Shown here: positions 35,708 to 46,506 of the stretch, one piece after another
Layout of the letters: each line of letters starts with the position of its first letter
Position numbering within the stretch: position 1 is the first letter of the stretch
Source: Parcubacteria group bacterium M6-OD1-1
Lineage (GTDB): Bacteria; Patescibacteriota; Minisyncoccia; GWC2-36-17; M10-OD1-4
Direction: 5' to 3'
DNA: 64,000 nt
Assembly (NCBI GenBank): GCA_003056085.1
Contig: LSNK01000005.1
Coordinates: forward strand, 10,122-74,121
Translations under genes and position numbers: made by a program
The notes under the pieces: generated by a model
Databases searched by the model: none
What the model was told of the DNA's origin: nothing
The model's input: the letters and a program-made list of their open reading frames with translations, nothing else

Positions 35708-36739
35708 ATGTATAATCCAAACTTCGAAATAACACCTAAAATACTTGACTTAATAGCTAATATTTCTTCGGCAAAAGAAATTATTTTTAATGCCCAATTA
35801 GTTCCCCAGTGGGAAGTTTCTTTGCGTCGTGATGCGCTCTTGGACAATGCTTATGCATCTACAAGCATTGAAGGTAATACACTGTCAAAAGAAGAAGTAA
35901 CGGAACTTTCTTTAGGAAGGGAAGTTTTAAAAACAAAGAAAGAAAAACAGGAGGTTTTAAACTATTTAGATGCTTTGGCTAATTTGGAAAAATTCGCTTC
36001 GGATTCAAAACTTACAGAAAAAGATATTTTAAAATCCCATAAATGGATAACAAAAGATACTTTGGAAAATAAAAACTGGGAAGGAAAATTCAGAAATATG
36101 CAGGTCTATGTAGGAAATACAAAAACCGGTCAAGTTTCTTTTGTCCCCCCAAAGCCGGAAGAAATAAAAAACCAATTGGATGAATTTTTAAATTGGCTAA
36201 ACTCAGAAAACAAAATACACCCTGTGCTTGAAGCTGGCATCACACACTATGAGATGGCAAGAATACACCCTTTTGTTGATGGCAACGGAAGAATGGCAAG
36301 ATTTATAGCAACATGGGTTTTGGTAAACAGAGATTTTGATATTAAAAGATTTTTTGCATTGGACGATTATTACAACAGTGACAGAAAAAATTATTATGAA
36401 GCCCTAAAAACAGTGGACAGAGAAACTGTAAATATAACAAAATGGCTTGAATATTTTGTAGAAGGAGTTGCCATCTCAACCGAAACAACTAAGAAAAAAG
36501 TTTTGATGCTTTCAGGCGGAAAGAAAAAAACAGACAAAGGACAAATAACCTTAACGGAAAGACAAATAAAAATAATAGAGCACATAAACAGACATGGACA
36601 AATAACAAATAGGGAGGTTCAGAATATTCTTAATGTTAAAAGACAAGTTGCAACAAAAGAACTTGCAAAATTAACCGTTCAAAAAGTTGTAAAAAAAATT
36701 GGAAGCTTTAAAGACGCAAAATATATATTAAAAGATTAA
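35708..36739 (+). CDS. Fic family protein (class II) with C-terminal wHTH
   Basis: HPFVDGNGRMAR catalytic motif; N-terminal STSIEGN inhibitory motif; LTERQIKII...ITNREVQ HTH. Confidence 0.93.
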   Translation: MYNPNFEITPKILDLIANISSAKEIIFNAQLVPQWEVSLRRDALLDNAYASTSIEGNTLSKEEVTELSLGREVLKTKKEKQEVLNYLDALANLEKFASDSKLTEKDILKSHKWITKDTLENKNWEGKFRNMQVYVGNTKTGQVSFVPPKPEEIKNQLDEFLNWLNSENKIHPVLEAGITHYEMARIHPFVDGNGRMARFIATWVLVNRDFDIKRFFALDDYYNSDRKNYYEALKTVDRETVNITKWLEYFVEGVAISTETTKKKVLMLSGGKKKTDKGQITLTERQIKIIEHINRHGQITNREVQNILNVKRQVATKELAKLTVQKVVKKIGSFKDAKYILKD

Positions 36740-36831
36740 ATGCGTTAATGATAAATAATAAATTTAGTTATTTGAATTTTGAACTTGACTTGGCACTCAA
36801 ACTTTAAAATTTTGGTTTTAAATCTTAAATT

Positions 36832-37668
36832 ATGAACTTATTATCTCCTAAAGAAATTAAAAATCTTTTAGCAGAGGCGGATATTAAACCATCAAAGCGT
36901 TATGGTCAAAATTTCCTTATAAATAAAGGTATTTTAAAAAAAATTATAGATGCATCAGAAATAAAAAAAGATGATATTGTTTTAGAAGTAGGTCCCGGAC
37001 CGGGAGCTCTCACAAAAGAACTTTCCAAAAAAGCAAAACGAGTTATTGCGGTTGAAAAAGATAGAAATATGGTAAGAATTTTAGAGAAAGTTTTACAAGA
37101 AGAGAAAATTGAAAATGTGGACACTGTAAATGAAGATATCCTCAAATTAAATCTTGAAAAAACACAAGAAAAAATAAATCTAAAATCAAACTACAAACTA
37201 ATTGCAAACATTCCATATAATATCACTTCGAGTCTTATTCGAAAATTCCTTGAAGCAAAAAATAAACCGGAAAAAATAATTTTAATGATCCAGAAAGAAG
37301 TAGCTCAAAGAATATGTGAAAAAAAGAAAATGAGTCTTTTGTCTTTATCGGTTCAGTTTTATGCCAAACCTAAAATTTTATTTCGTGTCTTGAAAGGATC
37401 TTTTTTCCCGGCACCAAAAGTGGATTCGGCGGTAATTGAAATAATTCCAAAAAAAACAATTCCGATAAAATCAGAAATATTTTTTAAATTTGTAAGAGCC
37501 GGGTTTTCTTCTCCAAGAAAACAGCTTGCAGGCAATTTGGCGGAAACTTATGACTTATCAAAAGATGATTTTAAGAAAATTTTTGAAAAAATAAAATTAG
37601 ACCAAAAAATAAGAGCGGAAGATTTAACTTTAAAAAGTTGGATAGAACTTATTGAAATGGTAAAATAA
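36832..37668 (+). CDS. rsmA: 16S rRNA adenine dimethyltransferase RsmA/KsgA
   Basis: KRYGQNFL, LEVGPGPGALT, IANIPYNIT, MIQKEVA.R, F.PAPKVDS. Confidence 0.97.
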   Translation: MNLLSPKEIKNLLAEADIKPSKRYGQNFLINKGILKKIIDASEIKKDDIVLEVGPGPGALTKELSKKAKRVIAVEKDRNMVRILEKVLQEEKIENVDTVNEDILKLNLEKTQEKINLKSNYKLIANIPYNITSSLIRKFLEAKNKPEKIILMIQKEVAQRICEKKKMSLLSLSVQFYAKPKILFRVLKGSFFPAPKVDSAVIEIIPKKTIPIKSEIFFKFVRAGFSSPRKQLAGNLAETYDLSKDDFKKIFEKIKLDQKIRAEDLTLKSWIELIEMVK

Positions 37669-37692
37669 AAATATAATTATTAGATTAAATTT

Positions 37693-38220
37693 GTGGCAAA
37701 CAACGAAGAACAGGCGCATGCCCAACAATTAAATCAAGTTAGAGCGGTTTCTCGTGAAGCAATGAACTTATCAAGCATTGATAATTCACAAGAAGCTCTT
37801 GAGTACATGGGACAAAGCCTTGTTAATGCAAAGCTTCCAAAAAGCGCCAGCTTACCGGTTATTATGCTTTTTCTTGCAGCAGTAAAAGATGCTATAGATA
37901 TTGGGCTAACTTTTCTTGTTATCGCAAGTGCAGGATTTTTAATAATTTTTACAATAATATTTGGTGCGGCGATGTCTATTGTTTTTGGAATAACTATCGG
38001 AATATGGGTATCACAGAAAGTCGGCATTGTTAGAAAACTGCTTTTTAAAAGAGTTATAATTAGAACTATTGTTTTTATGTTTTTTGGAAGCATTCCAGGC
38101 CTTAAACTTTTCCCGGAAGCTACTCTTTTAGTTCTTTTAACGTATTCAAATGAATTTAAAATAGTAAATGGAATCTTTTCAACAATGGAAAAAGCAACAG
38201 GAAAAGTTAAAATAACTTAG
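37693..38220 (+). CDS. Hypothetical membrane protein at the start of the T4SS-like locus
   Basis: 175 aa, several hydrophobic segments, GTG start. Confidence 0.7.
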   Translation: MANNEEQAHAQQLNQVRAVSREAMNLSSIDNSQEALEYMGQSLVNAKLPKSASLPVIMLFLAAVKDAIDIGLTFLVIASAGFLIIFTIIFGAAMSIVFGITIGIWVSQKVGIVRKLLFKRVIIRTIVFMFFGSIPGLKLFPEATLLVLLTYSNEFKIVNGIFSTMEKATGKVKIT

Positions 38221-38330
38221 TTTGTTTAAAATTCAACAAGTATTATATCCACAAGTAAAAAATCATTATTTTATTTATATTTTTATGGTATAATTAAGCC
38301 AAATTAATTTAAGTTGAATTTTTAAAATAA

Positions 38331-39311
38331 ATGACGAATATAAAAAATAAAGTTTCAAACCAAAAACGGAATGTAATCATTCCTATTGTTTTAATATTGG
38401 GAGTATTTATCGGCGGGGTTGTGGTTTTACAAACAAAAGGCATAGGAGCAAAAGTCTTAAAAGAAGGCAAAAAAATATTTATACCGGTAGCGGAAGAGCC
38501 TGACGCAGACCCTGACAACGATGGACTAAAAAATTGGGAAGAAGAAGTATACAAAACCGATTCCAGAAAATATGACACGGATGGCGATGGCTATTCCGAT
38601 GGAGAAGAAGTTTTATCCGGATACGACCCTACAAAACCGGCACCAAATGACGCACTTGAAGGCACGGATACATCTATCCCCAGACCAACACCTAAAAATT
38701 TAACAGATTATTTATCGCAACTGATAGTTTCAAAAGTAGAGTCGGGTGAGTTTAAGCCAATTTCCAACGCTGACACGGCGCCTGATTCTGTCTTGCTTAA
38801 TAATGAAGATATATTTAATGAAGTTTTAACCAATATATCAGAAAAAGCAAAAACAGAATTTATCTTGTCAGAAATACCGGACTCTGAAATAAAAATATCA
38901 AAAAACCCAACAACAAAACAAGAAGTAGTGGCTTATATCACTAAAATGTCTGCCGTTTTGGATGATGATAAAATCTTTTCAGATACAGGGCTTTCAGAAG
39001 CTAAGATAATAGAAGACGCTGTAAACACAAAAGACACCAGAGATATCGAAAAAATTATTAATTTTTACCAAGTAGGAATTGAAAAAATAAAAAAAATAAC
39101 TGTTCCTTTGGACTTTGTAGATATACACAAAGAACAAATAGCTATTTTTGAATTCACAAAAGAAATATTAATTGCAATAAAAAACTTTGAAAATGACCCC
39201 GCAATGGCGGCGGCGGCGGCAGAAAGATACCCTGAATTAAAAAACATGCTGGAAAGTTTTACAAATAAACTTATTGATAGATTAGAAAAATATTCAGATG
39301 ATAAAATTTGA
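38331..39311 (+). CDS. Membrane-anchored protein with thrombospondin type 3-like Ca-binding repeats
   Basis: N-terminal TM; DPDNDGLKNWEE and DTDGDGYSDGEE. Confidence 0.8.
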   Translation: MTNIKNKVSNQKRNVIIPIVLILGVFIGGVVVLQTKGIGAKVLKEGKKIFIPVAEEPDADPDNDGLKNWEEEVYKTDSRKYDTDGDGYSDGEEVLSGYDPTKPAPNDALEGTDTSIPRPTPKNLTDYLSQLIVSKVESGEFKPISNADTAPDSVLLNNEDIFNEVLTNISEKAKTEFILSEIPDSEIKISKNPTTKQEVVAYITKMSAVLDDDKIFSDTGLSEAKIIEDAVNTKDTRDIEKIINFYQVGIEKIKKITVPLDFVDIHKEQIAIFEFTKEILIAIKNFENDPAMAAAAAERYPELKNMLESFTNKLIDRLEKYSDDKI

Positions 39312-42300
39312 GAAAATATTTAAGCCAATATCGTCGTTTTTAATTGCGGTGCTTATCGTAAACTCTTTTTTGTTTGTTATTCTTGCCAATCCAAATCCAG
39401 CACAGGCACAAATGGTAGTTACTGATCCGGGAAATACAGCTGCAAGCGTCTCACAAACCGCAAAACAGACTGCTTGGGAAGCCATAAAACAAGCATGGGA
39501 TAAAAGTGAGGGTGTATTAACTGGAGCATACAGAGCAACCACTGAAGCATTTAACCAATGGGATAAATCAACAGCTATACTTGCAAGAGTCTCTTACGCT
39601 CTTATGTATGTAACTATAAATGTCATGCTGACTAAAATGACCAAGGATATCGTTGGTTGGTTAGATGGCGGGGCGAAAGGCTCTCCAAAAATAACTACAG
39701 ATTTCGGACAGCTTTTTGAAGATTCTCTTGACTTGGCAGCCGGAGCGGTGATTGGAGATATATTAGGTCTGAGAAATGGCGAACTTTGTAATCCCGGTTT
39801 TTTAAAAGGCTTTGTTGTTCTTTCTTTAGACAGAGTTCAGCAGCCGACGTTTAGAGAAAGAATACGGTGTTCATTTTCTGATATAGGGGAAAGTTTGGAT
39901 GATTTTAAAAAAGATTTCTCCAAAGGAGGTTGGGGAGGATGGATAAGATATTCAAGAAGAGCTAATAACCAGATTGGCAATCTTATTGAAACCCAAAATG
40001 AATTAAGAGAAAGACAAATTGCAAGCGTCAAAGCAACTGAAGAAGAATCAAAAACAGGAAGAGGATTCAGCGCACAAAAAGTTTGTAGAGTAACCAGGGA
40101 TATTAATTTTGTTGATGAAACTGGAGCATTCAGCGGCGAAGCGGAAACTTTTAAAGTTGGTGATGCAGACGTCGCCGGAACACTTTCTCTCGGTTCAAAA
40201 ATGAAAGATATAATGGGAAATTACAACTACACTAACTTGGAAGACTTTAAAATATTTTGGAATAATCGCGGCGGATCATTTAAGTGCAAGATAGAAACTC
40301 CTGCAAGCGCGATATCAGAACTTGGCTCAAAAATATTGAATGCTCCTTTCGACACATTAAATAAACAACTTCAAGCGTCAGCTGAAAATTTAGGAAAAAG
40401 TGCTCCTGCAATCTTTAGACCATACCTAAATGCAATATCAGCATCAGCGTTAAATTTATTAATCAGAAAAGAAAAAGGACTTGTTTCAGGAGTATTCGGA
40501 CAAAGAAAATCAAGAAAATATAGAAGGGCAAACACCAGTGCTTTCCAAAAATACTCAAAAACGCTTTATTCAAGTCGTAACCTACTCGGCTCTGCAAACT
40601 CTTTAAGAGACTCTCTTTTAAGAACGCTTTTAAACTTCAGTCTTTTTGCCGGGACACTTACAACTTTAACAGAAAAAAAGGGGGTGCTTTGGAAACCCCC
40701 TATATTAGTTAGTAATTTACAGCATGGCGGACTTATTTGGGGCGCAGGATTTGGAGGAGGAAGGACAGACAACAGAAATATTTGGATGGGTCAGGGCGAT
40801 CCGGGGGATCCGAATGACATAAGCTATCCTGAAGACCCCTCCAGAATAGACACAAGAATATTTGATCAAAGGATAAAAGACAGAGTAAAATCTGTTGTGG
40901 AAAATAAATCTGCAGAAGGATATCCTCTTCTCCCTCCTGCGGGAACCATCAACACATCTGCAAATATTTGCGGGGCTTTTTCACAAGAATTGGAAGTAGA
41001 TGGACAAGATCTTAATTTTACACTTTCAGAGAGAATAGGATATGTAGCACTCGCAGGAGTTTATATTGATGGAGGACTTGATGAAGATGGAGACCCAACA
41101 ACACAAACGACAGCAGCCATAGGAAGCATATACACCTCTACTCCTTCTCTTCTTACCGGTAAAAACGGCTGGTTCGGAGATGTTAGAGTTTCAGCATACA
41201 ACGACAGCGGAAGAACAAGAGAAGCAGGAGCAGGATTTGAACCTTGGCCTGACAGATATGTCAGAGAAAATATTTCTACAGGGGAAGTCGTTACTTTTAT
41301 AGACATGGGAGATTTTCAAAATGGATTTATAGAAGTTGGAGTTCCACCAACATATACAGACCCAGAAACCAGAGCAACCGACCCTCAGATATACGCTTCT
41401 GAGCTTGGTGATATTTCTATTATTCCAAACAGTGATGGTTCTGCGACGGCATTAGAGTCTCAAAATGAAAGAGTTTATTCAAGGAACGCAAACACAGGAG
41501 AACCCGATAACACCTCAGGAAATGTTTATTATATAACAGGAAGCAGAGGAGTATACCAAGAAATAACCCGAGGAAGCGCATTTACTTTACCACCTCTTTC
41601 AAGAGTTTGTGTAGATGATAGACCTGCTTTATATTATACAAGAACAGGTGATGTTGGATCTGTTTTCGCAACAGGAGTTGGTCCGTTTCCAACTGGCAAT
41701 ACTGGTGGTGGATGGCAATGTGGCGGGTCTACATATGGTGTAAAAATAGCTGATATTTTTTGGGACAGAATATCCACCAACCCAACCCTATCAGCTTCTG
41801 TAAATTTCGATGGATGTGGACGTGGAGATATATTAAATATAAGTTTTGATAGAAATACTGCTGTGGGAAGCATTGCTAATAGCGACAATGGCACCCTCGT
41901 TTATGGAAATAGAATATGCACAGCACCAGGTGCACAATCAGTTAGAATAAGTAGTTCGCTCATTATATTACCTGACGACCCAATGGTGGGAATCCCGGCT
42001 AATGTAGCAAATTCTAAATATCAAATAAAATATTTCAGTCCTTCATTTGAAGGAGCAACGACTATAATAGAAAACAACAGAACAATCATTGTTTATGACG
42101 ATTTTAGAGATCCTGCAACAAATTTTCCTACAACAATGATAAGCGCAACCACAACGATTGATAATATTAATCCGTACAAGATGCGGCTCGTGGACTTTTA
42201 TAGAGAAATAAATGAGTTAACAAATGAATTTCTTACAAAAATAAGAGTAATGATTGGCTATCCTGAAAAATCAGGAGATCCCGTAGGACAGACAAAAAAA

Positions 42301-44394
42301 ACTAATCTTTCAGGACTTGCAGATCAAATAGGATCTACGCCTGATGATGATCCTTATTATATTTCCGTGGCCGATGTTTTATCAAAATACAATAATCTAT
42401 CTGCACTTTATCAAGCGTTGTTTGCCGGAGTTACAAGCGAATCGGCCCTTGAAGGAATTGACCCTGACTTTGAAATTCTTAATAGCACAGAAACAAATAT
42501 AAAATTTGCATTAATAGGTGAAAGATGTCCTACAGTCCCTCCTTCCGTTGACTCAAACCCAGCACTGCAAACAGGATGTCAAGCGTTGCCTTCCGGTGAA
42601 TACAATATGGCAAAAAGATTTATTTTTGAAGAAAATCCACAGACAGGATTTGCCACAAATCCATTTACCGGAACAAACAGCAATGTTATTGCCGGAGTTT
42701 TAAACTTAAATGAAATGACCAGACAGCTTGCAACGCTTCCACCTGACAAAAACATAATAAAACTAATAAGACTCAGACAAATATTGGAACAACTTCAAGT
42801 AAGCCCTCAAGCTATAACGTTTTATGGTGAAACTCGAGCAGATGATGTTACATTTAGTCCGGACGACCCATTAAATCCAATTCATTCATTAACCGCCACA
42901 TCAACAACAGGAAACATACTAACCTCAGACTCTATACAAATAAGCCTGCGAAATTATCCCGAAATAGAAGCTTTCCTAAATGACATACAAACAGCAAATA
43001 AACCAATATCTGACCTTATAGAGGCTTATGGATTTTTACCAACAAATACAAGAGAGTCTTATCCTCAAATAAGTGGAGACCTTGAGGATATATTTCCTGA
43101 AATAACAACACAAATTCAAGACAAATTAAGAGATGTGTTTTTAAAAAGAGTTGAACTTGAACTTGCAAAAGCGGAGAAAAAAGCGATAAAAAGAGTAGAG
43201 GATTTTATATATTTTGCAAGAGATTTAAATCCTACAGTACAAATCCAAGTTCCTAAGAACTTTCAAAATATTGTATCCGGAGGAGTTGACATGAAGATGG
43301 GAGATGTAGAAAGCTTAATAATGAGAATAATATCCTCACGCGCAGCAGACCCTCCTTTAAACTTAACTCCTTCTGAAAACTGCATAGGACTGACTGGTGA
43401 ATGGCTTGATTGCGCGTCTCCTGAATATTATTTAAGAGGATTTAGAATTAATCTCTGGGATAATATCTCAGCTGAAGGCACCGGCTCGTTGGCATTGGAA
43501 ACTGGAAACACAACAGAAAACAGCGATCAACGAATGAAAGTAATAGCTGTGAGAAAGGCCTTAATGGCAGGAATAAGAAAAAAAATAAAGATATTTAACA
43601 AATTTATGGGTGTTAATATAAACTCTACTGAATTTGAAAATAAAATAAATTATTATCAATTAGATGTTAATACAGACACACATACAATGGGGCAAGATGG
43701 TCATGATGGAACAAAGCCCCACATACACATAACCGAAGACTACCCTCAAATTGATATTAACGGTGATGGGGACATGACTGATCCGGGAGAATACAAAGAT
43801 GGCTGGGATAGAAAAATAGAAAAAGGATTAGAAGATGTATACATTTATTACACGGGTTTTTATAATTTAGAAAAACTCGGTGTTAATAACCCTGGAACAA
43901 GATTAAGTACAGGAGAATATATTTACAACGACATTAAAACATCAATGAATAAAATGACGAAAGATTTAACCTTGCTTCAAAAAGAATTTGAAAAAATAAA
44001 AGATGAATTTACAGTTGTCGGATCTTCCAATGTATTTTCCTTAAAAGACCAATTAAACGATATGACTAAAAATTTAAAAGTTATGGAAAGCTCTCGGGAT
44101 GAAGCCTTGGCTTGTGTTGATGCGAGCGTCAGTATAGGAAGTGATAATTTTCTTGCAATATTGGTTGGAGCAGCTGGAGGAGCTGGAACTGCAATAGCAT
44201 ATACAATAAATTCAGTCATAGGAAAATTTACGGGAATGGCTTCGGCGTTCACTTTTAGTCTTTTTGGAGGAGGAAGGGCAAGAAGAGCAGCTGAAGCAAG
44301 AGCAAGAAACATAGCCAATAAATGCGGGGATGCGGCAACAAGATACAATAAAGCGTTAACAGATATTTCAGATAACTTTATCTGCGGACGTTAG
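39298..44394 (+). CDS. Giant exported T4SS-associated protein (candidate adhesin or tip protein)
   Basis: 1698 aa; signal peptide ending AQA-QMVVTDPG; Cys-containing helical N-domain, Gly/Thr-rich central region, DINGDGD loop, C-terminal Gly-rich hydrophobic segment. Confidence 0.7.
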   Translation: MIKFEKIFKPISSFLIAVLIVNSFLFVILANPNPAQAQMVVTDPGNTAASVSQTAKQTAWEAIKQAWDKSEGVLTGAYRATTEAFNQWDKSTAILARVSYALMYVTINVMLTKMTKDIVGWLDGGAKGSPKITTDFGQLFEDSLDLAAGAVIGDILGLRNGELCNPGFLKGFVVLSLDRVQQPTFRERIRCSFSDIGESLDDFKKDFSKGGWGGWIRYSRRANNQIGNLIETQNELRERQIASVKATEEESKTGRGFSAQKVCRVTRDINFVDETGAFSGEAETFKVGDADVAGTLSLGSKMKDIMGNYNYTNLEDFKIFWNNRGGSFKCKIETPASAISELGSKILNAPFDTLNKQLQASAENLGKSAPAIFRPYLNAISASALNLLIRKEKGLVSGVFGQRKSRKYRRANTSAFQKYSKTLYSSRNLLGSANSLRDSLLRTLLNFSLFAGTLTTLTEKKGVLWKPPILVSNLQHGGLIWGAGFGGGRTDNRNIWMGQGDPGDPNDISYPEDPSRIDTRIFDQRIKDRVKSVVENKSAEGYPLLPPAGTINTSANICGAFSQELEVDGQDLNFTLSERIGYVALAGVYIDGGLDEDGDPTTQTTAAIGSIYTSTPSLLTGKNGWFGDVRVSAYNDSGRTREAGAGFEPWPDRYVRENISTGEVVTFIDMGDFQNGFIEVGVPPTYTDPETRATDPQIYASELGDISIIPNSDGSATALESQNERVYSRNANTGEPDNTSGNVYYITGSRGVYQEITRGSAFTLPPLSRVCVDDRPALYYTRTGDVGSVFATGVGPFPTGNTGGGWQCGGSTYGVKIADIFWDRISTNPTLSASVNFDGCGRGDILNISFDRNTAVGSIANSDNGTLVYGNRICTAPGAQSVRISSSLIILPDDPMVGIPANVANSKYQIKYFSPSFEGATTIIENNRTIIVYDDFRDPATNFPTTMISATTTIDNINPYKMRLVDFYREINELTNEFLTKIRVMIGYPEKSGDPVGQTKKTNLSGLADQIGSTPDDDPYYISVADVLSKYNNLSALYQALFAGVTSESALEGIDPDFEILNSTETNIKFALIGERCPTVPPSVDSNPALQTGCQALPSGEYNMAKRFIFEENPQTGFATNPFTGTNSNVIAGVLNLNEMTRQLATLPPDKNIIKLIRLRQILEQLQVSPQAITFYGETRADDVTFSPDDPLNPIHSLTATSTTGNILTSDSIQISLRNYPEIEAFLNDIQTANKPISDLIEAYGFLPTNTRESYPQISGDLEDIFPEITTQIQDKLRDVFLKRVELELAKAEKKAIKRVEDFIYFARDLNPTVQIQVPKNFQNIVSGGVDMKMGDVESLIMRIISSRAADPPLNLTPSENCIGLTGEWLDCASPEYYLRGFRINLWDNISAEGTGSLALETGNTTENSDQRMKVIAVRKALMAGIRKKIKIFNKFMGVNINSTEFENKINYYQLDVNTDTHTMGQDGHDGTKPHIHITEDYPQIDINGDGDMTDPGEYKDGWDRKIEKGLEDVYIYYTGFYNLEKLGVNNPGTRLSTGEYIYNDIKTSMNKMTKDLTLLQKEFEKIKDEFTVVGSSNVFSLKDQLNDMTKNLKVMESSRDEALACVDASVSIGSDNFLAILVGAAGGAGTAIAYTINSVIGKFTGMASAFTFSLFGGGRARRAAEARARNIANKCGDAATRYNKALTDISDNFICGR

Positions 44395-44489
44395 TTGATG
44401 GGTTGCAAACATTAGATTGTAGGTGATAGGCAATAGATGATAAAAATTATCCGCTATTTAACCCAAACAATAATTTAAAAAACCATAAA

Positions 44490-46478
44490 ATGAAGTTTTT
44501 AAACTTAAAATTCATCATTTCTTTCCTGCTTGTTTTTGTAGTGATTTTTATTAGTAAAACTTCTTTTGTGCATGCCGATGCGATAGATGAGCTTGTAATA
44601 AACCCTGCGAACAGCCTTTTGGAGCTTATTTTAAAAGGCCTCAGTTGGATGTTGGCATTTTTAGGAACGCTTGTTGATGATGTTATGCAGCCGCAATCAA
44701 TTCTTCAAGCCGATATAGTAAAAACAGGATGGAGAATAACTCGAGATTTTGCAAATATGTTCTTTATTTTAATACTCCTTGCTATTGCTTTAAGCTTTAT
44801 ATTATTCCCGCGCTTTCAAATAAAACAAGCTTTGCCAAGACTTCTCTTAATTGCCTTACTTATCAATTTTAGCTTGCCAATCGCAGGAATATTTATAGAT
44901 TTTGCCAATATATTTACTAAATATTTTTTGGATCAAGCAGCTACCGGAGGAAACATAAGTGAGCTCATTGCAAGCCAACTGAATATTACGGCTATTCGTG
45001 ATGTGTCAGAACAAGCATTAACTGCAAATATCGGCAATACTCCGGGTCAAATATTTTTATCATTGCTTTTTGGCATCGTTTTTGTATCCGTAGTTATTTT
45101 TATATTTATCGCATTAGCTTTTATGTTTTTAATAAGAAATATCTATCTTTATATACTTCTTATTATTTTGCCGCTTGCGCTTGTGGCGTCTATTCTTCCT
45201 TCGGGAAGAAGCTATTTTTCGCAATGGTCTCATAAATTTTTTCAGTGGACATTTTTTGCGCCAATCGCAACATTTTTCATCTTTTTATCTATGGTTTCAT
45301 TTAGCAGTATTATAAAAGCTGACGCAGCACCCCTTGCTACAGACGCAGGTGTAGGCTTTCTTGCAGGAACATATGATTACATAATAATACTTCTACTCTT
45401 AATGGGTTCTTTGTTTGCCGCAAACTCATTAGGAGTTCAAACTGCCGGAGTAACTAACAAAATGATGAAATATGGAGGAAAAGCCCTGCGTGGAGGCTGG
45501 TCCGGCGTTAAAAAGGTTAATCATGGAATACAATATTCAAGAGAGAGATTTGGCAAACCAGCGTCACAAAAAGCAAGAGAAACATCTGCTGAATATTCTG
45601 CAAAAGGCGGCTTAATAAACACTCTTATAGGCAAATATCATGACACGAGAGCCGACAAATTAGAAGCACATATACCTGATGGAGTCTTGTCAAAAGAAGA
45701 AAAAGAAAAAGCAAAGCGGCAAGCAAAAGAAAACCCAGACCAACTATTAGGAAGAATAAAACTACCTGGACTAAGCGCAAGGAAGAAAACAGAACTGCAA
45801 ACGATAGCTGCCGAGGAAGGAATATTAAAAGAAAAAGATGCAAGAGGTATCGTTGATCCGAAAAAAACAAAGAAGATGCTTGGAGATGTGTATGAAAAAG
45901 CTTTAAAAATAGGAAATAAAGAACTTGTGGAGGCTATAAGTAAAAATTCTCCGGCACTTGTTTTAGAAAAACTTGAAGAAAAAATTGATGGAATGAATTC
46001 ATTAGAACTCCAGAAAAAATACGGAGTAAATACTAAAGAAAAAGCTAAGAAGGCCGTTAGAAATAATCTATTCAGAAAAATTAATACTGACGATATAACT
46101 AAAATGTGGGATACGCTTGACAAATCTTCACGAACAGAGTTAGTAGCCAATAAAGTTGCCAGCGGAATGTCTATAGATCAAGTTAAAAAAATTCATGATT
46201 CCGGAATGGCTCCTGAATTTTCTAAAGAATTTGAAAAACTTGCAACCGGACAATACAGAAGGCAAAGAAAAGATTTACATGATGTATTTGAAGAAAATAC
46301 TTCCATAATTCGGTCATTTCAGAGTGCTCCTGCAAAGGCAATGTTTGGAGAAGAAGGCTTAACCGAGAGACGAACAACAACACAAGCTGCATGGAACCAG
46401 AGAAAAGAAAAGAAGGAAGGGGAAGGAAAAGCAAAAAAAGAAGAAAAAGAAAGAAAAGCGGAAGAAACGATGATATAG
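44490..46478 (+). CDS. VirB6/TrbL-like polytopic membrane protein with long cytoplasmic tail
   Basis: GWRITRDFANMFFILILL, LLINFSL.I....ID, R.IYLYILLIILPLA, multiple TMs; position in a PrgI-VirB4 locus. Confidence 0.75.
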   Translation: MKFLNLKFIISFLLVFVVIFISKTSFVHADAIDELVINPANSLLELILKGLSWMLAFLGTLVDDVMQPQSILQADIVKTGWRITRDFANMFFILILLAIALSFILFPRFQIKQALPRLLLIALLINFSLPIAGIFIDFANIFTKYFLDQAATGGNISELIASQLNITAIRDVSEQALTANIGNTPGQIFLSLLFGIVFVSVVIFIFIALAFMFLIRNIYLYILLIILPLALVASILPSGRSYFSQWSHKFFQWTFFAPIATFFIFLSMVSFSSIIKADAAPLATDAGVGFLAGTYDYIIILLLLMGSLFAANSLGVQTAGVTNKMMKYGGKALRGGWSGVKKVNHGIQYSRERFGKPASQKARETSAEYSAKGGLINTLIGKYHDTRADKLEAHIPDGVLSKEEKEKAKRQAKENPDQLLGRIKLPGLSARKKTELQTIAAEEGILKEKDARGIVDPKKTKKMLGDVYEKALKIGNKELVEAISKNSPALVLEKLEEKIDGMNSLELQKKYGVNTKEKAKKAVRNNLFRKINTDDITKMWDTLDKSSRTELVANKVASGMSIDQVKKIHDSGMAPEFSKEFEKLATGQYRRQRKDLHDVFEENTSIIRSFQSAPAKAMFGEEGLTERRTTTQAAWNQRKEKKEGEGKAKKEEKERKAEETMI

Positions 46479-46506
46479 ATGTAAATTAAAACATCAAATT
46501 ACAAAA

